A stretch of 64,000 bases of DNA from Eledone cirrhosa (lineage: Eukaryota). Position 1 is the stretch's first letter, and each line of letters starts with the position of its first letter. The position numbers were made by a program, and so were the translations under genes. The DNA lies in NCBI GenBank assembly GCA_964016885.1, contig OZ024740.1, positions 163,432,001 to 163,496,000 of the forward strand, written 5' to 3'. The notes below the pieces were generated by a model, which saw nothing but the letters and a program-made list of their open reading frames with translations, had not been told where the DNA came from and made no database searches. Positions 39,526-53,049 of the stretch are shown one piece after another.

Positions 39526-41620
39526 CTCCTAGTTAAGAACCTAAATAACCAGAGCATAGAAAGACTGCGTAAGAATATTAGAAAGACTCTCGGAAAACTA
39601 GGCCTTAGCATAACGTATGAATATAGCACTAAAATAGTTAACTTTCTAGACACGACGCTTAACCTAAATACGGGACATATAAGACCTTTTCACAAGATTA
39701 ATGAAAACATAACATACATCAACTGTAATTCGAACCACCCACTATACATAATTAAATCCGTTCCACGCAGCATATCCCTTAGGATCTCCCGCCTCTCGTC
39801 TAACCGACAAATCTTCGAGGAACATGCAGAGTACTACAATACCGCACTAGACAGGGCAGACACTTAGATAGAGTGGAATATACAGATGAGGGCCTCCGCA
39901 AAGCACACACGAACAGGCATAACACTAACTCCAGAAACACACGCCCACACGCATTTACGCATAGAACTACAAATTATACTATAAATAGAAATACAACATC
40001 GAAATCAAACAGGTCATGCAGTAGAAAATATATTTGATATAACCCCATATTTAACACCTCTATTAGTACTAACCTACCCTCTACGTTCTTTAGAATAATA
40101 AATAAGCACTTTCCAGATTCACATAGATACAGCAAAATCCTTAACACTAAATCTATTAGACTATCTTACTCCACGGCACCAAACATAGAGGCACACATTA
40201 AGATGCTTAACGCTAAAAAGATGCGTAACAACACCAGAACACAAATTTATAACAATAACAATACAATCACTATTTAACACAACACAATATCTAATACACA
40301 ACCACCCACTAATAGGCAAACAAAACGTAACACATTTGTGCAGGCATCGCAGCCCACCAATAATGCCAAAGTTGCCCATGACAAGAATTGTAATTGCCAC
40401 CTACCTCAAACCTGTCCATTACATAATAAATGTATGCAGTCTAACCTGGTTTACCAATGCACAATAGAATCAGACAGCCAGAAATGGTATTACATCGGAG
40501 CGACTGGGAATACATTTAAAGCTCGTTGGTATACACATCATTACGCAATGAAACATTCCCAGCATCATTATGTAACTACCCGCCGAGGTTGACTTTGCCT
40601 TTCATCCTTACGGGGTCGATAAAATAAAGTACCAGTAATGCACTGGGTAATTGCTGGCCTTGTGCCAAAAGTAGAAACAATTATGTAACTACCCTTGCAA
40701 ACAAGACCTGGCAACTGAGGGAAAGTAACCATCAATACACCCTGAACTGGAAAACATTATCGAACGTGCCCCCATATCGGAGTGGTATGAGAAGCTGTCG
40801 ATTATGTGACCTTGAGCTGTTCCACATTTTGAGTTCGAAGAATAAGTTACTCAACAATAAAATCGAAAGATCAATTTATTGTAACCATAGACTCAAAGAA
40901 AAGTTTTCGCACTACAAGTGCAAATCGAACACTTAACCTCTTACTACCACCTGACAAACTGCATATACTTAGACTTTCTACCCTCCTATTGTATCTAACC
41001 CCTTTAAGTACCCACAAAAACCAATACCTATATCCCTCCTTTCTCCTTCATTCCTTTTCTATTTCTTTTCTTCTCCCCCTTCTTTATTTTTATTTTTATT
41101 TTTTATATATATATATTTATCTCTCTATCTCTCCTCCTTCTCTCACTCTCTCTTTCTCATTCTCTCTCTCTCCATCCCTCCCACTATAAACAATTTAATT
41201 CCCTTTAACTCACTACACCGTAAATCGACGACATGAAGTCTACGTATCAAAACTAATCGAGGAATCCTTCCACCTCTACTCCTCCCTCTATCTCAGTTTG
41301 TCACTCTACTTTCTAATTCTTCTCCCCCTTCCTCTCTCTCTATACTACTCCGTTTGTCCCTCCACTTTCTAATTCCTCTTCCTCTCTCTCTATACTAGTA
41401 AATACAGTTCCAAAAAAATCTTTCTCTATATATTAAGAACTTTTCAAGAGTAACTTATTCACTATTTTCAAAATGTGGACGTGAACAACAATTATTATTG
41501 AGTGGCTGGTATTTGCAGTATAGCAATATAAGGTTGCACTTACCAATGAAACGGTCGTAAATACCTGGATAAAATCCTTTTTTTAATGCTTACCTGTGTT
41601 TTCTCGTTTATACTATATAT
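39526..41620 (+). mobile_element. 5'-truncated Penelope-like element (RT C-terminus, GIY-YIG, 3' UTR)
   Basis: IVNFLDTTLNL..NSNHP..SISLRISRLS; CNCHLPQTCPLHNKC..NLVYQC..YYIGATGNTFKARW; CRLC; coding part ends near 40935; pyrimidine-rich UTR. Confidence 0.88.
40582..40679 (+). mobile_element. 5'-truncated SINE inserted in the GIY-YIG region
   Basis: 15-bp TSD ATTATGTAACTACCC (40567-40581, 40680-40694). Confidence 0.9.
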
Positions 41621-41669
41621 ATATATACAATATATTAACAAATGGAAACTATATTTATAAAACCCTATT

Positions 41670-41735
41670 TATTAAATTATACATATTTCAAGGGCCACCA
41701 AGGCAGATTATGGTGCGCTTTCATCAGATAAAATA
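41670..41735 (-). ncRNA. Hammerhead motif
   Basis: TTAT-CTGATGA-AAGCGCACCA..TGGTGGCCCTT-GAAA-TATG-TA-TAA; a more decayed relative lies at 43578-43642 (-). Confidence 0.55.
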
Positions 41736-41860
41736 TAATATAGATTAGTTTTATAAATGAATATTGACATATCCAGAAAAATGCAACCTTCACGGTTGGA
41801 GTTTCCTGGATATTAATATATATATAAATATATATATATTTATTCAAATAACAGATTAAA

Positions 41861-41909
41861 GTTTAAGCAAAGAATCGCTGCTTTCACCCTTAACGGGATC
41901 TTCTGAAAC
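41861..41909 (-). ncRNA. Hammerhead-like motif with CAGAAGA core (family copy 2, best preserved)
   Basis: AGTTT-CAGAAGA-TCCC GTTAA GGGT-GAAA-GCA..TGC-TT-AAACT. Confidence 0.5.
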
Positions 41910-42762
41910 TAACAAAGTCAATCTGTAAACGCAGAACTGGATATTTAAAAAAACGTTGCAACCGGAGGAAGACAGGAAGACGATACTTTGGTTCGTGGTA
42001 ACGTTCGCTGGCAAAGAACGGGAAAAAACGAATAATACGTCATTAATAGGAGCGGTGAAAAACAATTACGCGCAAAGACAGAACCACGTTTATGGTATAA
42101 AAGAGGTCGTAGACTAATGTTCTCTTAGGTGGTGCATAGAGACGTTCTCTGGCAATGAACGAAAAAACGAAGATAATAAGTCATATGTGGAGCGTGGAGA
42201 ACAATAGCACGCAAAGACAAAACCACGTAAATGGTATAGCAGAAGTTGTAGACTAAAATTCTAACTAGGAGACCAAATGAATCTCCGCTACAGAGTTAAG
42301 AACAGAGTAAATAAATACAATACAGAAGTAATAGAAACAAATAAATACATACACGCAAACAAATACGTACATACACAAGCATACGCAAAACCTTACCATG
42401 GGTATACAAAACCACGCACATATAAATATGTGTGTGTGTGTATGCTTGTGTACAAATAAATAAATAATTATATAAACGTATATAAGTAAATAAATACGTA
42501 TATAACAAGCGCACACACATACCTACAAATAAATACACGAATGTTCGGAGACGTAAGTCAACTAAAACAAGAAGTAGACATATACACACACCCACCATAC
42601 GTACGAACCTGCATACTCACGCAGACGCAAAACTCCCGTATACACATAGCCAAACCCTAAATGCCAGAATATGTAAAAATTATACGCCATAACAGTTAAA
42701 TATACGTACGAGAAGGTATACATACCTTCACAAAACATACGGGTAATATATACTTACCTATG

Positions 42763-42823
<61 letters not shown>

Positions 42824-42854
42824 ATAATATATATGTATATATATATATAGATAG

Positions 42855-42930
<76 letters not shown>

Positions 42931-43506
42931 ACTTTTGTGTTTGTATCGCTTCGATATTTGTATAGCCTTGACAAAAAGAGATTTTAAAAATACTCTTGAA
43001 AAATAAGTACTCGATTAGATAAGATCGACTAAATCAAGGCGGCGTCCCAGAATGATTGCAACCTAATGTCCGTACCCAGTAAAACGAACAAAAGAGTAAC
43101 TAATCAAATTGACTGTATATTTAATGATACATTTCAGAAATAGTACCACTTCTCACAAACAGTTGTAACACAATATCATCCAAGCAACGTGATCATATGA
43201 ATAGCAACAGAAGTAGCTGTAGGATCGAGCCACAAAACAATAGAAATACACGATATATTTGGGAAAACTGGTTTAAAAGGAATCTTATTTATAATATGAG
43301 AAAGTCTACTTTGATTGTTATATTTTTTCTTCTTTTTTTTCGTCTTGCTGTTGTTGTTTTACGTTTTTGCTATAATCTTTTTGCCACAATCTACGTCTAG
43401 GATATTTTCGTTTCTAATTTCTCAGTCCTCTGTTCAGCTTTATCTCACCACACACATCTTATATGGAGATTTTGTGCAGTTAAAGACAAAAGCTGGTTAT
43501 TTAGCG

Positions 43507-43537
<31 letters not shown>

Positions 43538-45394
43538 TTCAAATATTAACAAAATAGATATTCTTGTGATCAATTAAATTTTATTATACATATTTGAGAG
43601 GTACTTAATTAAGTTCAACAGTACGTCCTGATCAGATAAAATAAAATGATACGACATACCCTGACATGTTAGATGGTTAATATTTAATCAAGGTAGTGAT
43701 TAACTTATGAGAAAACTCAATATTTATACCCTAATATTGAGAACGTGAGAAAAGGTAATAGTATCAATAGAGAGAGAGTGTGAGTAAGAAAAAACATTGC
43801 CTTAATGCAACAGTTATAGAGTTTTTAATATTTGAAATACTACTATGCGGTAGAGGAAAGTATAGAGGAAGACGTATCTGGAGTTATAATTTATTTAGTA
43901 TTTAGCTTGAGAAGACAAATGACAGATAATTAAAGAGAGGGAGAGACAAAGGGGAGTAATTTTATGCTCAAATTTCTTTACACACACACAATCATATATT
44001 GCTTTGGCGGTTAAATTTCAAAATATTTAATTTATGTTATTTCAGGGTAAAGAATCAAAGTTTTAGGTTTTAAAAGTTGATGGGTATTTGTATTAATATT
44101 ATAATATAATTATGTTAAATTTCTAAAATTCAAAATTTTATGAAGACAAATTTAAAGAATTTACGAAGCCCGCGATAGAAAGAAAATATACATATAATGT
44201 TCAATATTCCCACAATATTCCCACAATATTCCCACAATATTCCCACAAAATTACTGATAACACTGACAACATTTTCTATAATATAATTTATGAGATATTT
44301 AAAGAATTTATTGTTAAATAGTGCCTAAAGTATTAGCAGGTCTTATAATTAAACCTAAAGAGGTCAGAGTTTTCAACTATATATATATGTGTGTATTGAT
44401 CATAATACCAGGACTATAATTTATTATTTGTTCATATATTATATTAAGTAAGTGATTATATAAGTTCGACCTTCTAGGGAAAACCGAACTATAATTTATT
44501 ATTAGTTCATATATTATATTAAGTAAATGATTATATAAGTTGGACCTTCCAGGGAAGACCAAACACTTATAATAATGTCATTTGGGTGTTTACATTATCT
44601 ATATAAGTGTAACTACGATTATGTTATTATCCTAGATAAAAATATTTGTATAAAACTATATATAGATGTACTAGGTATTAATGAAATGGTAAACATTTAA
44701 TAAAAATAGTAATTATAATCATTGTTATTAGTTTTATACAAATGTAACTATGATTATGTTATTATACAATATAAATATATTTGTACAAACTATATATAGA
44801 GATATACTAAGTATTAATGAAACGGTATACATTTAATAAAGAATAACGATTATAATCTTTGTTAGTAGTTTCATATATGTGTTACTAAGATTATGTTATT
44901 ACACTAGATAAAGATATTTGCACAAACTATACATTGATATACTAGATATTAATGAGACGGTATATATCCAATAAAAAATAGCGATTACAAACACTGTTAG
45001 TAGTTCTACCTCCAGTTTAGTGGAGAGATAAACCAATATTTGTCTGCTCATATAGTTTGTTAAATATACATAAAAAAGCAAAGCGCAAAACCAACTTTCT
45101 GAGTCCTCAAAAAACATCTCAAAATCAGTAAAATATATATATATATATAAAAATATATACATATATATAAAAAATGTAAACGCATGAATGATCCACAGTT
45201 CAAATTAAAGTCAGTAAAATTTACAGGTTAGATATCTAAACTATATATTTAAAACAGAGATAGAGAAATAAAGATCTGAATCAAAGTTAAAAATATCCCC
45301 AAACCATAGGTTATGCATCCAGCAAACTGTTTCCAATCTACAGTAAAACTCATTCTTTGATGTACTACTCATTGAATCTTGTTTAACTCTTTAA

Positions 45395-45450
<56 letters not shown>

Positions 45451-45451
<1 letters not shown>

Positions 45452-48400
45452 TAGCAGTTTAGCCCAGCGTTGCTCGGGTTTGTTCATTTGCTATGAAAAG
45501 TTACAAACAGGTAAACGTAGCTTGAAAGCGCATAAGCTTATCAATTAAGTGCATAAAGCAGTTGAACCGGTTATTAATAGTTACGAACCAATTACCATTT
45601 TTGACAATCAATGATGGGTTAATAATCTTCCAATAGTGAATTTAGTAGACCAAAGTTGCAATATGGTGGCCCTGATGCCGCTGGGTGTCAGATCTGTCCG
45701 TTATGGGTGACCCTACCAGTTTTCCAGATGGCATAGCTCCAACACCTCTAACGCCTGCACCAACATCTATAGCACCTCTTTGTAGACGATATTGCATCTC
45801 ATCCCTTGAGGAGTGTAAGCAAAAAGCCCATTCCTGCTCCCTACGCGGGAACAGGCAACATAAAGTTGGCCATGGGAGAAGCATGGCTCCCCCAAATGGA
45901 TGCCCGCCACCGACAATGTTTGCCCTTGTGACTTGTTAATGGACATGGCAAAACATGGTCTCACCGGAAATTGGGATCGCCAGAAATCGAACGGAATATC
46001 TGACGCCGAGGGGAAAAGGTTCATCCTTGGAATGAAGACATTCTCCCCTCTCCCGCACCCCGTTACAATGGTGGCCTCAATCAAGTGGGGCGTCAGAGAC
46101 TTGACGACCATGCGAGTACCGTTGCACTGCTTTGGTGGACGCAAGTTCCTTATTAGCATAATGGGACAGCCAACCCTAAGCTTAAGAATGTGAGGTGAGA
46201 GCCCTGGGGGCTCAAGGGAATTTAATAACTCAACCGGATAATTAACGATATCGTCGGGGTGTGATGTCCGATCGATAGATTTTAAGATGTGCTCTTTACT
46301 GGGAATCTTCTCAATCAGCTGCTCGTTAATAAAATTAACCATGGTATTTTTCGGAGCAAGGATGGCTCTTTCGCTGAGTCAATCGAGATTTTTAAAGATA
46401 GATGAGACATTAGGAAAAACTGCTTCCCAAAGGTCAGAAGGGTTGCTCACAACGTTGCACAGGGAGTCGATTGCTATGCCGCCCTTGTCATCCGCAGGGA
46501 CCTTGCCCTCACCAAGTGCTAAAATATTCTGAGCAAATGCTGCAGACATGTTGTCACTATCCAAATGAGCACTTATATTTGTGCTCAGGTACAAACTCTT
46601 CACCTGGAGCCACAACATGGATGACTTAAGACAGGCACGCACTTCATCAGCTCTTGTCCCTTTGGGGATGACAGGCAGCGTTTGTCGAAAATTCCCTGAT
46701 AGCAGAAGGGTTACGCCACCCATAGGAGCCGTAGAATCCGTAATGTCTTTCAGGGTCCTGTCCAATGCCTCAAGGGCACCCTTGTGTGCCATTGTGCACT
46801 CATCCCAAACAATGAGGCAACATTTTTTGAGAACCAGAGCTTCGTGTGAACTCTTGCTGATATTGCATGTTGGTGTCTCAGTTTTTATTAAATCCAAAGG
46901 GAGTTTAAAGGTTGAATGTGCTGTCCTGCCTCCCGGCAGCAAAGTACCAGCGATCCCGGACGATGCAACGGCCAACGCAATTTTTTTTTCTCCTGAAGAA
47001 TCTTAGCGAGAATCAATTTCGTTAGATAAGTTTTTCCGGTACCCCCAGGAGCATCGAGAAAGTAAATACCCCCAGTCTGATTTTGAACCGCGTCAATGAT
47101 AGTTAAATAGGCCAACCTTTGGTCCGACAGAAGTTTGGGCTCATTTTCCTCTAAGTATTGGGAAAGAGATTCGATGTCATATGCTGTTTCCCGCAACAAA
47201 TCCGGGGCCAGCGTGTTAGCTTCCTCTCTGACGGTTGACGGCAAGCCATACGTCACCAACTCACTCCCACCCATATCGAGGAGGGCGTCCTCAATATCAA
47301 TGAGTGCCCTGTTGTACATAATGTCGCTGTAACCAACTTCCACTGAAGTATACTGCAGATGAGCCAGGCGCAGGAAGTCCTCAGAGATGGAGTCTCTGTA
47401 CTTGACCCATAAAGATTTGGGATCACCCAATTCACACTTTTGAAGCAAAATAACAAAGAGTTCCCGTAGACCTTTAGGTGATTTCAACAAAGCACCCTCT
47501 GCTAAAGCGGAATCCCATTACGAATCATCTTCCAAAAGACCACGCTTAAAGCAGGCTTCCCGGTACGTATCACATATTTCTCCATCAACAGTTTTGATGT
47601 CCTGAAATCTTTGTGGGTCTACAACTTCATGCAGAAGAAGGCGGAGATGAAAGCACTCGTGCTGAATTGGGGGCACAGTGTAAACCCTTCCAAGACAGCT
47701 GTCAAATTTTACACCAGGATGTCTTTCAGCAGCCTGACCTGACTTTCTTCGCACCCAAGTGTTTTTCGACCATATAAAGTAGGATGGAACCTGGGAGTAC
47801 ACAATTGTTTGCGCAAATGTATCGAACTGGCAAAGTTTGAAGAAACCTGTCAGAGTGGTCTCTTTCGGATCGGCGGCCAGCTTGGCGGCGGTTTGGTCCG
47901 TAAAGTAAACCCTTTGCCCATTTTCCAAATGTACCACAAGCTGTACGATGGCGGGGTGACGTTGGTGTAGGGGTAAATCAAATAGGCGCCAAAAAGCTTC
48001 ATTACTACTGATGTACCGCTTCTCAGGTATTCTGTGACCTCGTCCCTACTATTTTCAGCTTGAAATGCGAACATTGCGGCATCAGAGCCCTTATTTACAT
48101 ATTTGCATATGTATTTTATCGACTTGACCTCCCCTTACTGTTGTGGTGAAGCCACCGTTCTCGGGCCGTCTCCGCCTGTACAGGGGGTACCCGTTGCCAT
48201 CAGTCTGAGTCTGGTCAACAAATTTTTGGGGGTATTCCTTACTGCACGACCCCCCCCCCCCCTCTTTCAGACACGTGTGATGCTCATTAGGACCCGACGC
48301 ACACGGACCATGAATCATGTTACCTTTGACGATGTCATGTAATTTCTGGTCAGTTGCTGGGTTAGGGATTTCAGCCGAAATGAAGCTGTCTATGGCATTT

Positions 48401-49772
48401 GAATTGATTTTATCAACTAACCAAATCAAAATGTGAGCATGTGGCAGCCCTCGTTTTTGCCATTCGACGGTGAACATGTCACATTTTACAGCTCCAAATA
48501 CCTGACCTTTTTGATTAAAGCCTTGAGTTTAGCCAGTTTCAGTCTTAACACTCTGGCAATGAGGTCATGTCTGTTCGAATAATCTTGCCCAGGAAAAAGT
48601 TCACGGGTTACATTCCGATTCATATGTTCATAGCATTAATCTGTTATATGAAGTGTTATTTTGCGGGTTATTATTTGCAATAAGCCGATTGAAAATGCCC
48701 CAGATGAGCCGTATGTCAATACGGAACGCTCCACTGCAGTGTTGTCATATAGGGAGTGAAGAGCGACAGAAAGAGTAAAGCAGTTAAATTATAGAGAGGG
48801 GGAATATATGGAACGCTCCATTTAATCATATACATTGTTTCTCTATCTGCAGTGGTCTTTGTTGAGAATCATGTAAATAAATGCTTAAGCGTCGTTATTG
48901 TTACGTTTGTTGTTTTATAAATTCATCTGTTGCTTTTGAATATTTGTTATTTGATGTAAAATGTAAGTGTGTAAAATGTAAGTGTGTAAAATGTAACGTT
49001 GAGAGAGCAGTATGTATTTAGTGTTATCGGCTTTTTAAATTTTGATATTTGATGTATGAGTGTCGTTATGACTGTTTGTTGTTGTATAAAATGATGTGTT
49101 GCTTAGTTATCAAAGTTTTTTTCGCGTTCCCGAACGAATAGGGGGAATGATCTATTATATATAGAGAGAGAAGAGCGACGGATAGAATGAAGCATGAAGA
49201 GCGTAAAGCAGTTAAATTATAGAGAGGGGGAATAATCTATTGTAGAGAGAGGGAATAGCGACGGAGAGAGTAAAGCTATGGTTGTTGTGTTGCTTAGGTT
49301 TCAAAGTTTGTGTCACGTTCCTTCAAAAGAAGTTTTGATGTTATAAACTGTAAAGGGTAGTAGACGGAGGCAGTAACCTTTTAAAGAGAGTTACACAGGA
49401 GATTGAGGGGGGGAGTAGAGAGAGTGATGAACCTTTTAAAGAGAGTTGCAGAGGAGATTGAGAGAGGAGTAGAGGAAAGGATGAACCTTTTAGAGAGAGT
49501 TGCAACATGTATGTAGTTTCATATATTTTTGATGGTAGTAGTGAGAGGAATGAAGCGTGTAAGAGAGAGGGTTACAGCATGTATTTAGTTTTATCGATTT
49601 GTTTTCATAGAAGCAGGAAAGATTTAGCAAAAATAATTACGCGTTGACCTGCCCTGGTAAATTTGGAGCACATTTTAAAAAAATCATCAAAATCGGTAGA
49701 GAAATGTGGAAATGCATAAAAATCATGCACACACACAGACAGACATCTACCGTTTTATATATATATATAAGA
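45451..49772 (-). mobile_element. Helitron with both termini and an internally deleted RepHel
   Basis: 5' A|TCTTATATATATATATAAAACGGTAGATGTCTGTCTG at 49772; 3' CCCGAGCAACGCTGGG hairpin plus CTGCTAG|T at 45451; no TSD; AT target. Confidence 0.92.
45767..48600 (-). pseudogene. Helitron RepHel (HUH Rep plus Pif1-family helicase), frameshifted
   Basis: VEWQKRGLPHAHIL, IKYICKYVNKGSD, FLDAPGGTGKT, IVWDECTM, GNFRQTLPV, FAMSINKSQGQTL, FSHGQLYVACSRV. Confidence 0.95.
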
Positions 49773-49773
49773 T

Positions 49774-49977
49774 GTCAAGGGAAGGCGACGAAAAGGCCGA
49801 CAAAAATAATTCTGGCCCGGCAATATCAAAGACTGGGCAGGTTACAACACCGAAACCCATCTATGCATGATATAGAATGAGACAATTGGCGACTGCTGAC
49901 TACGAAAGCTTCTAGTGAATTCTAGCGATTCAGACATGTAAATGACGAGCTAAATGTATATATATACACACACACAC

Positions 49978-50043
<66 letters not shown>

Positions 50044-50218
50044 ATAATAATAAATTTGAAGACTAAAATTCAAAGAGGGCTCGATAAGGATAACTAATAG
50101 AATATTAGTCTACGACTTCATTTATACCATGAACGTGGTTTTGTCTTTGCGTGTATAGTTTCAGAAGATCCCGTTAAGGGTGAGGGCACCGATTCTTTGC
50201 TTAAACTTTAATCTGTTA

Positions 50219-50280
<62 letters not shown>

Positions 50281-50491
50281 TACATGTGTGTGTGTGTGTA
50301 TATATATACATTTTGCTCGTCATTTATATGTCTGAATCGCTAGAATTCACTAGAAGCTTTCGTAGTCAGCAGTCGCCAATTGTCTCATTCTATATCATGC
50401 ATAGATGGGTCTCGGTGTTGTAACCTGCCCAGTCTTTGATATTGTCGGGCCAGAATTATTTTTGTCGACCTTTTCGTCGCCTTCCCTTGAC
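49774..50491. repeat. Inverted duplication of about 210 bp (RTE 3' end plus flank)
   Basis: About 49774-49985 is the reverse complement of about 50278-50491 with few mismatches. Confidence 0.9.
50158..50206 (+). ncRNA. Hammerhead-like motif with CAGAAGA core (family copy 3, GAAA decayed)
   Basis: GTTT-CAGAAGA-TCCCGTTAAGGGT-GAGG..TGC-TT-AAAC. Confidence 0.35.
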
Positions 50492-51263
50492 TCTTCCCTG
50501 AACAATAGTTTTAGACATGGAATCGTAGCGGGATGCGTGATCATGACAGACAAGCTTTCGTCTTTTCACCATCGCAAAGAGAGTGGTTCCTGACTGCTAA
50601 AGTTTCGTTGACTTGTTGCGTGACAAAGTTGTTTGTTTTGTACTCCGTGAACAGGATGAGTAGTAGTCTTCTGAGAGACTTGTGCTCGAATGTCTGGATT
50701 ATTTGTTCCATCTCAACTGTAACAATCCAACTCTCACACCCATACAGAAAAAGCGAAGTTATCAGGGTCCAGTATAATTTGTGCCTTTGTTTTCGTTAGC
50801 ATTTTGAGGGTTTCATAAGCAAAGTTGTTGTTCCCCTTATTTATCCCAGCTACGATATTTTTGCACTGATCTATGATCCAATTCTGTTTTGCTTCACACT
50901 TTCTTCCTAACCTTCCTATTCATGGTGATGTATTGCTGTCTTGCCTCCTGATCCGTTAGCTTGGTCTTCCCCAAGTCCCGTCTTTAATGACAGAGGTCCA
51001 AGATGTCTTCAGTGACCCAAGGTTTCTTTTCTTTCTTCTCAACACTTCTAGTACTGTCTCATATCGTGCTTCCTTGGTGTTGTTGGCCAGGGAGCTAATA
51101 TCTTCTTCTATACGGTTGAGGGCTGCAAACCTGTCGTTTAGGTTTTCTTTAAACATTGCTACAACTTTTGGATTTTTCATTTTGTTTACATCAAACCTAA
51201 TACGTGTTGCTCCCTTATGTTTTTCAGTTTAAACTTCAGTGCCATCAGAACCAAATCATTATC
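50310..51263 (-). mobile_element. Internally deleted RTE LINE fragment
   Basis: KNPKVVAMFKENLNDRFAAL..; LFLYGCESWIVT..IQTFEHKSLRRLLLILFTEYKTN; VQGRVKGRRRKGRQK near the 3' end. Confidence 0.8.
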
Positions 51264-51284
51264 ATTATTGACATCTTCACTAAG

Positions 51285-51392
51285 TTCAAATCCCGCCGAG
51301 GTTGACTTTGCCTTTCATCCTTACGGGGTCGATAAAATAAAGTACCAGTAATGCACTGGGTAATTGCTGGCCTTGTGCCTAAAGTAGAAACA
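51285..51392 (+). mobile_element. 5'-truncated SINE with 21-bp TSD
   Basis: TSD ATTATTGACATCTTCACTAAG (51264-51284, 51393-51413). Confidence 0.9.
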
Positions 51393-52106
51393 ATTATTGA
51401 CATCTTCACTAAGGAAGGTCTTAATCGTGACCTTATTGATACTGGCCTTGAACCTTTGATGTGCAAGGATGAAGTCAAATTGGCTGTGAGTCGTACCACT
51501 GGGTGCATGCCTCTGCGACGTCCCATGTGGAAATACTGTATAAGCTAAGGCTAGCTTATGGGCGCTAGCATATTCTAGGAATCGAAATCCACGATCGTTG
51601 GTTTATCTAATCCCAAATCGTCCCATTGTCGCAACCCATTGATCATATTACTCGGGCCTACTTTAACATTCCAGTCTCTCAAACCGATGAGGATGTCTTT
51701 TTAAGTGATGACATAATGATTTCTCCACTGGGAGTATGTAGCATGTGTAGATTTCAGGGAGAGAGAGAGAGAGAGAGCGGCCAGACTGACAGCCAGAGAG
51801 AAAATGTGTGGGCTTGTGAGAGAAATGGGGGGGGGGTAAGATAGAGAGACAGGGAGAAGAGAAAATGGGGGAAAAAGAGAGAGAAAAATTTCTTCGGTAA
51901 ACTTGACATGAAGCAGTTTTCTGGTGCATAGTTTCATGAAACCTCCAATTACACTGTATAACTTATACCAACCTTATCAATTAAATACTTTGTGGTATAT
52001 AGTTACGGCCTTTGATGTTCTGAGTTCAAATCACGCTGAGGTTAGTGTCGCCTTTCATCCTTACGAGGTTGATGAAATAAAGATCTAAAAACACACTAAG
52101 GGTCGA

Positions 52107-52137
<31 letters not shown>

Positions 52138-52874
52138 ACACCTCAAATTTCTGGCCTTGTGCCAAATGAAGAAACAATCATTAGGCATGCGTGAGGGTGG
52201 AGGATTGGCAGAACAGCTAAAGTTTTGGGTAAATAATTTGAAAAATTTGTTCCGGGTCTTTACGGTCTGAGCATCATCTTTGCGGTCTTAGCATCATCTT
52301 TGCGATCTTAGCATCTTGTGAAAGAATGACTTGTAAATATTGAACTTATCGACTAGGGTGGCAAAGTACAACTGTAGCTGTTCTTTGTTTGTGTAAAATC
52401 ATGTTGATAAAAGTGAAACACCCTACGACACTGTTGAATTCTTTCAATTGTAGACATCGAAATCTCATATACAAAATATTTGTCAGAGAAGGAAGAATAA
52501 ACCCTATGACCTTTTTTGAAGCCTCCAAGATTATTTGAAGGAAAGGCGAAATTTATCTTCAGATCGTAGCTCTGGGTCGAATAAAAGCACCCAATGACCA
52601 ATTAGTGGGATTAAACGGAAGTAGATATTGTTGACATGGCAGCAACCAACAATAATACAGCACCGTGACTTGAGTTTTCCCGTCCTGTAGATCTAGTTGA
52701 TTGAATTTAGTCTAAGTTGGACGGAAACAATCATGAAGTTCATAAAGGATCTGGGGGATAAAAGCACTAGTTCGTGCGATATAATCTCTCCTTTTGAAAA
52801 ATCAGATGTAACTGAATGACCAACTTCGCAATCATGATAAACGAGAAAGATATAATTGCAAAACTCATAATAAT

Positions 52875-53049
52875 TGTTTCTACTTTAGGCACAAGGTCAG
52901 CAATTACCCAGTGCCTTACTGGTACTTTATTTTATCGACCCCGTAAGGATGAAAGGCAAAGTCAACCTCGGCGGGATTTGAACTCAGATCGTAAAGGGAC
53001 GTAACTATGCTGGAAAGCATGGCGTCCGACCTTCCACCGATACTGCCAA
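52875..53049 (-). mobile_element. Near full-length SINE with TSD
   Basis: Same SINE body; flanked by CATAATAAT. Confidence 0.88.

Noticed and set aside
43530-45400. 3' part of a third PLE on the minus strand
   Set aside because: Only a decayed HHR (43578-43642) and a faint peptide resemblance near 45330-45390; not enough to call.
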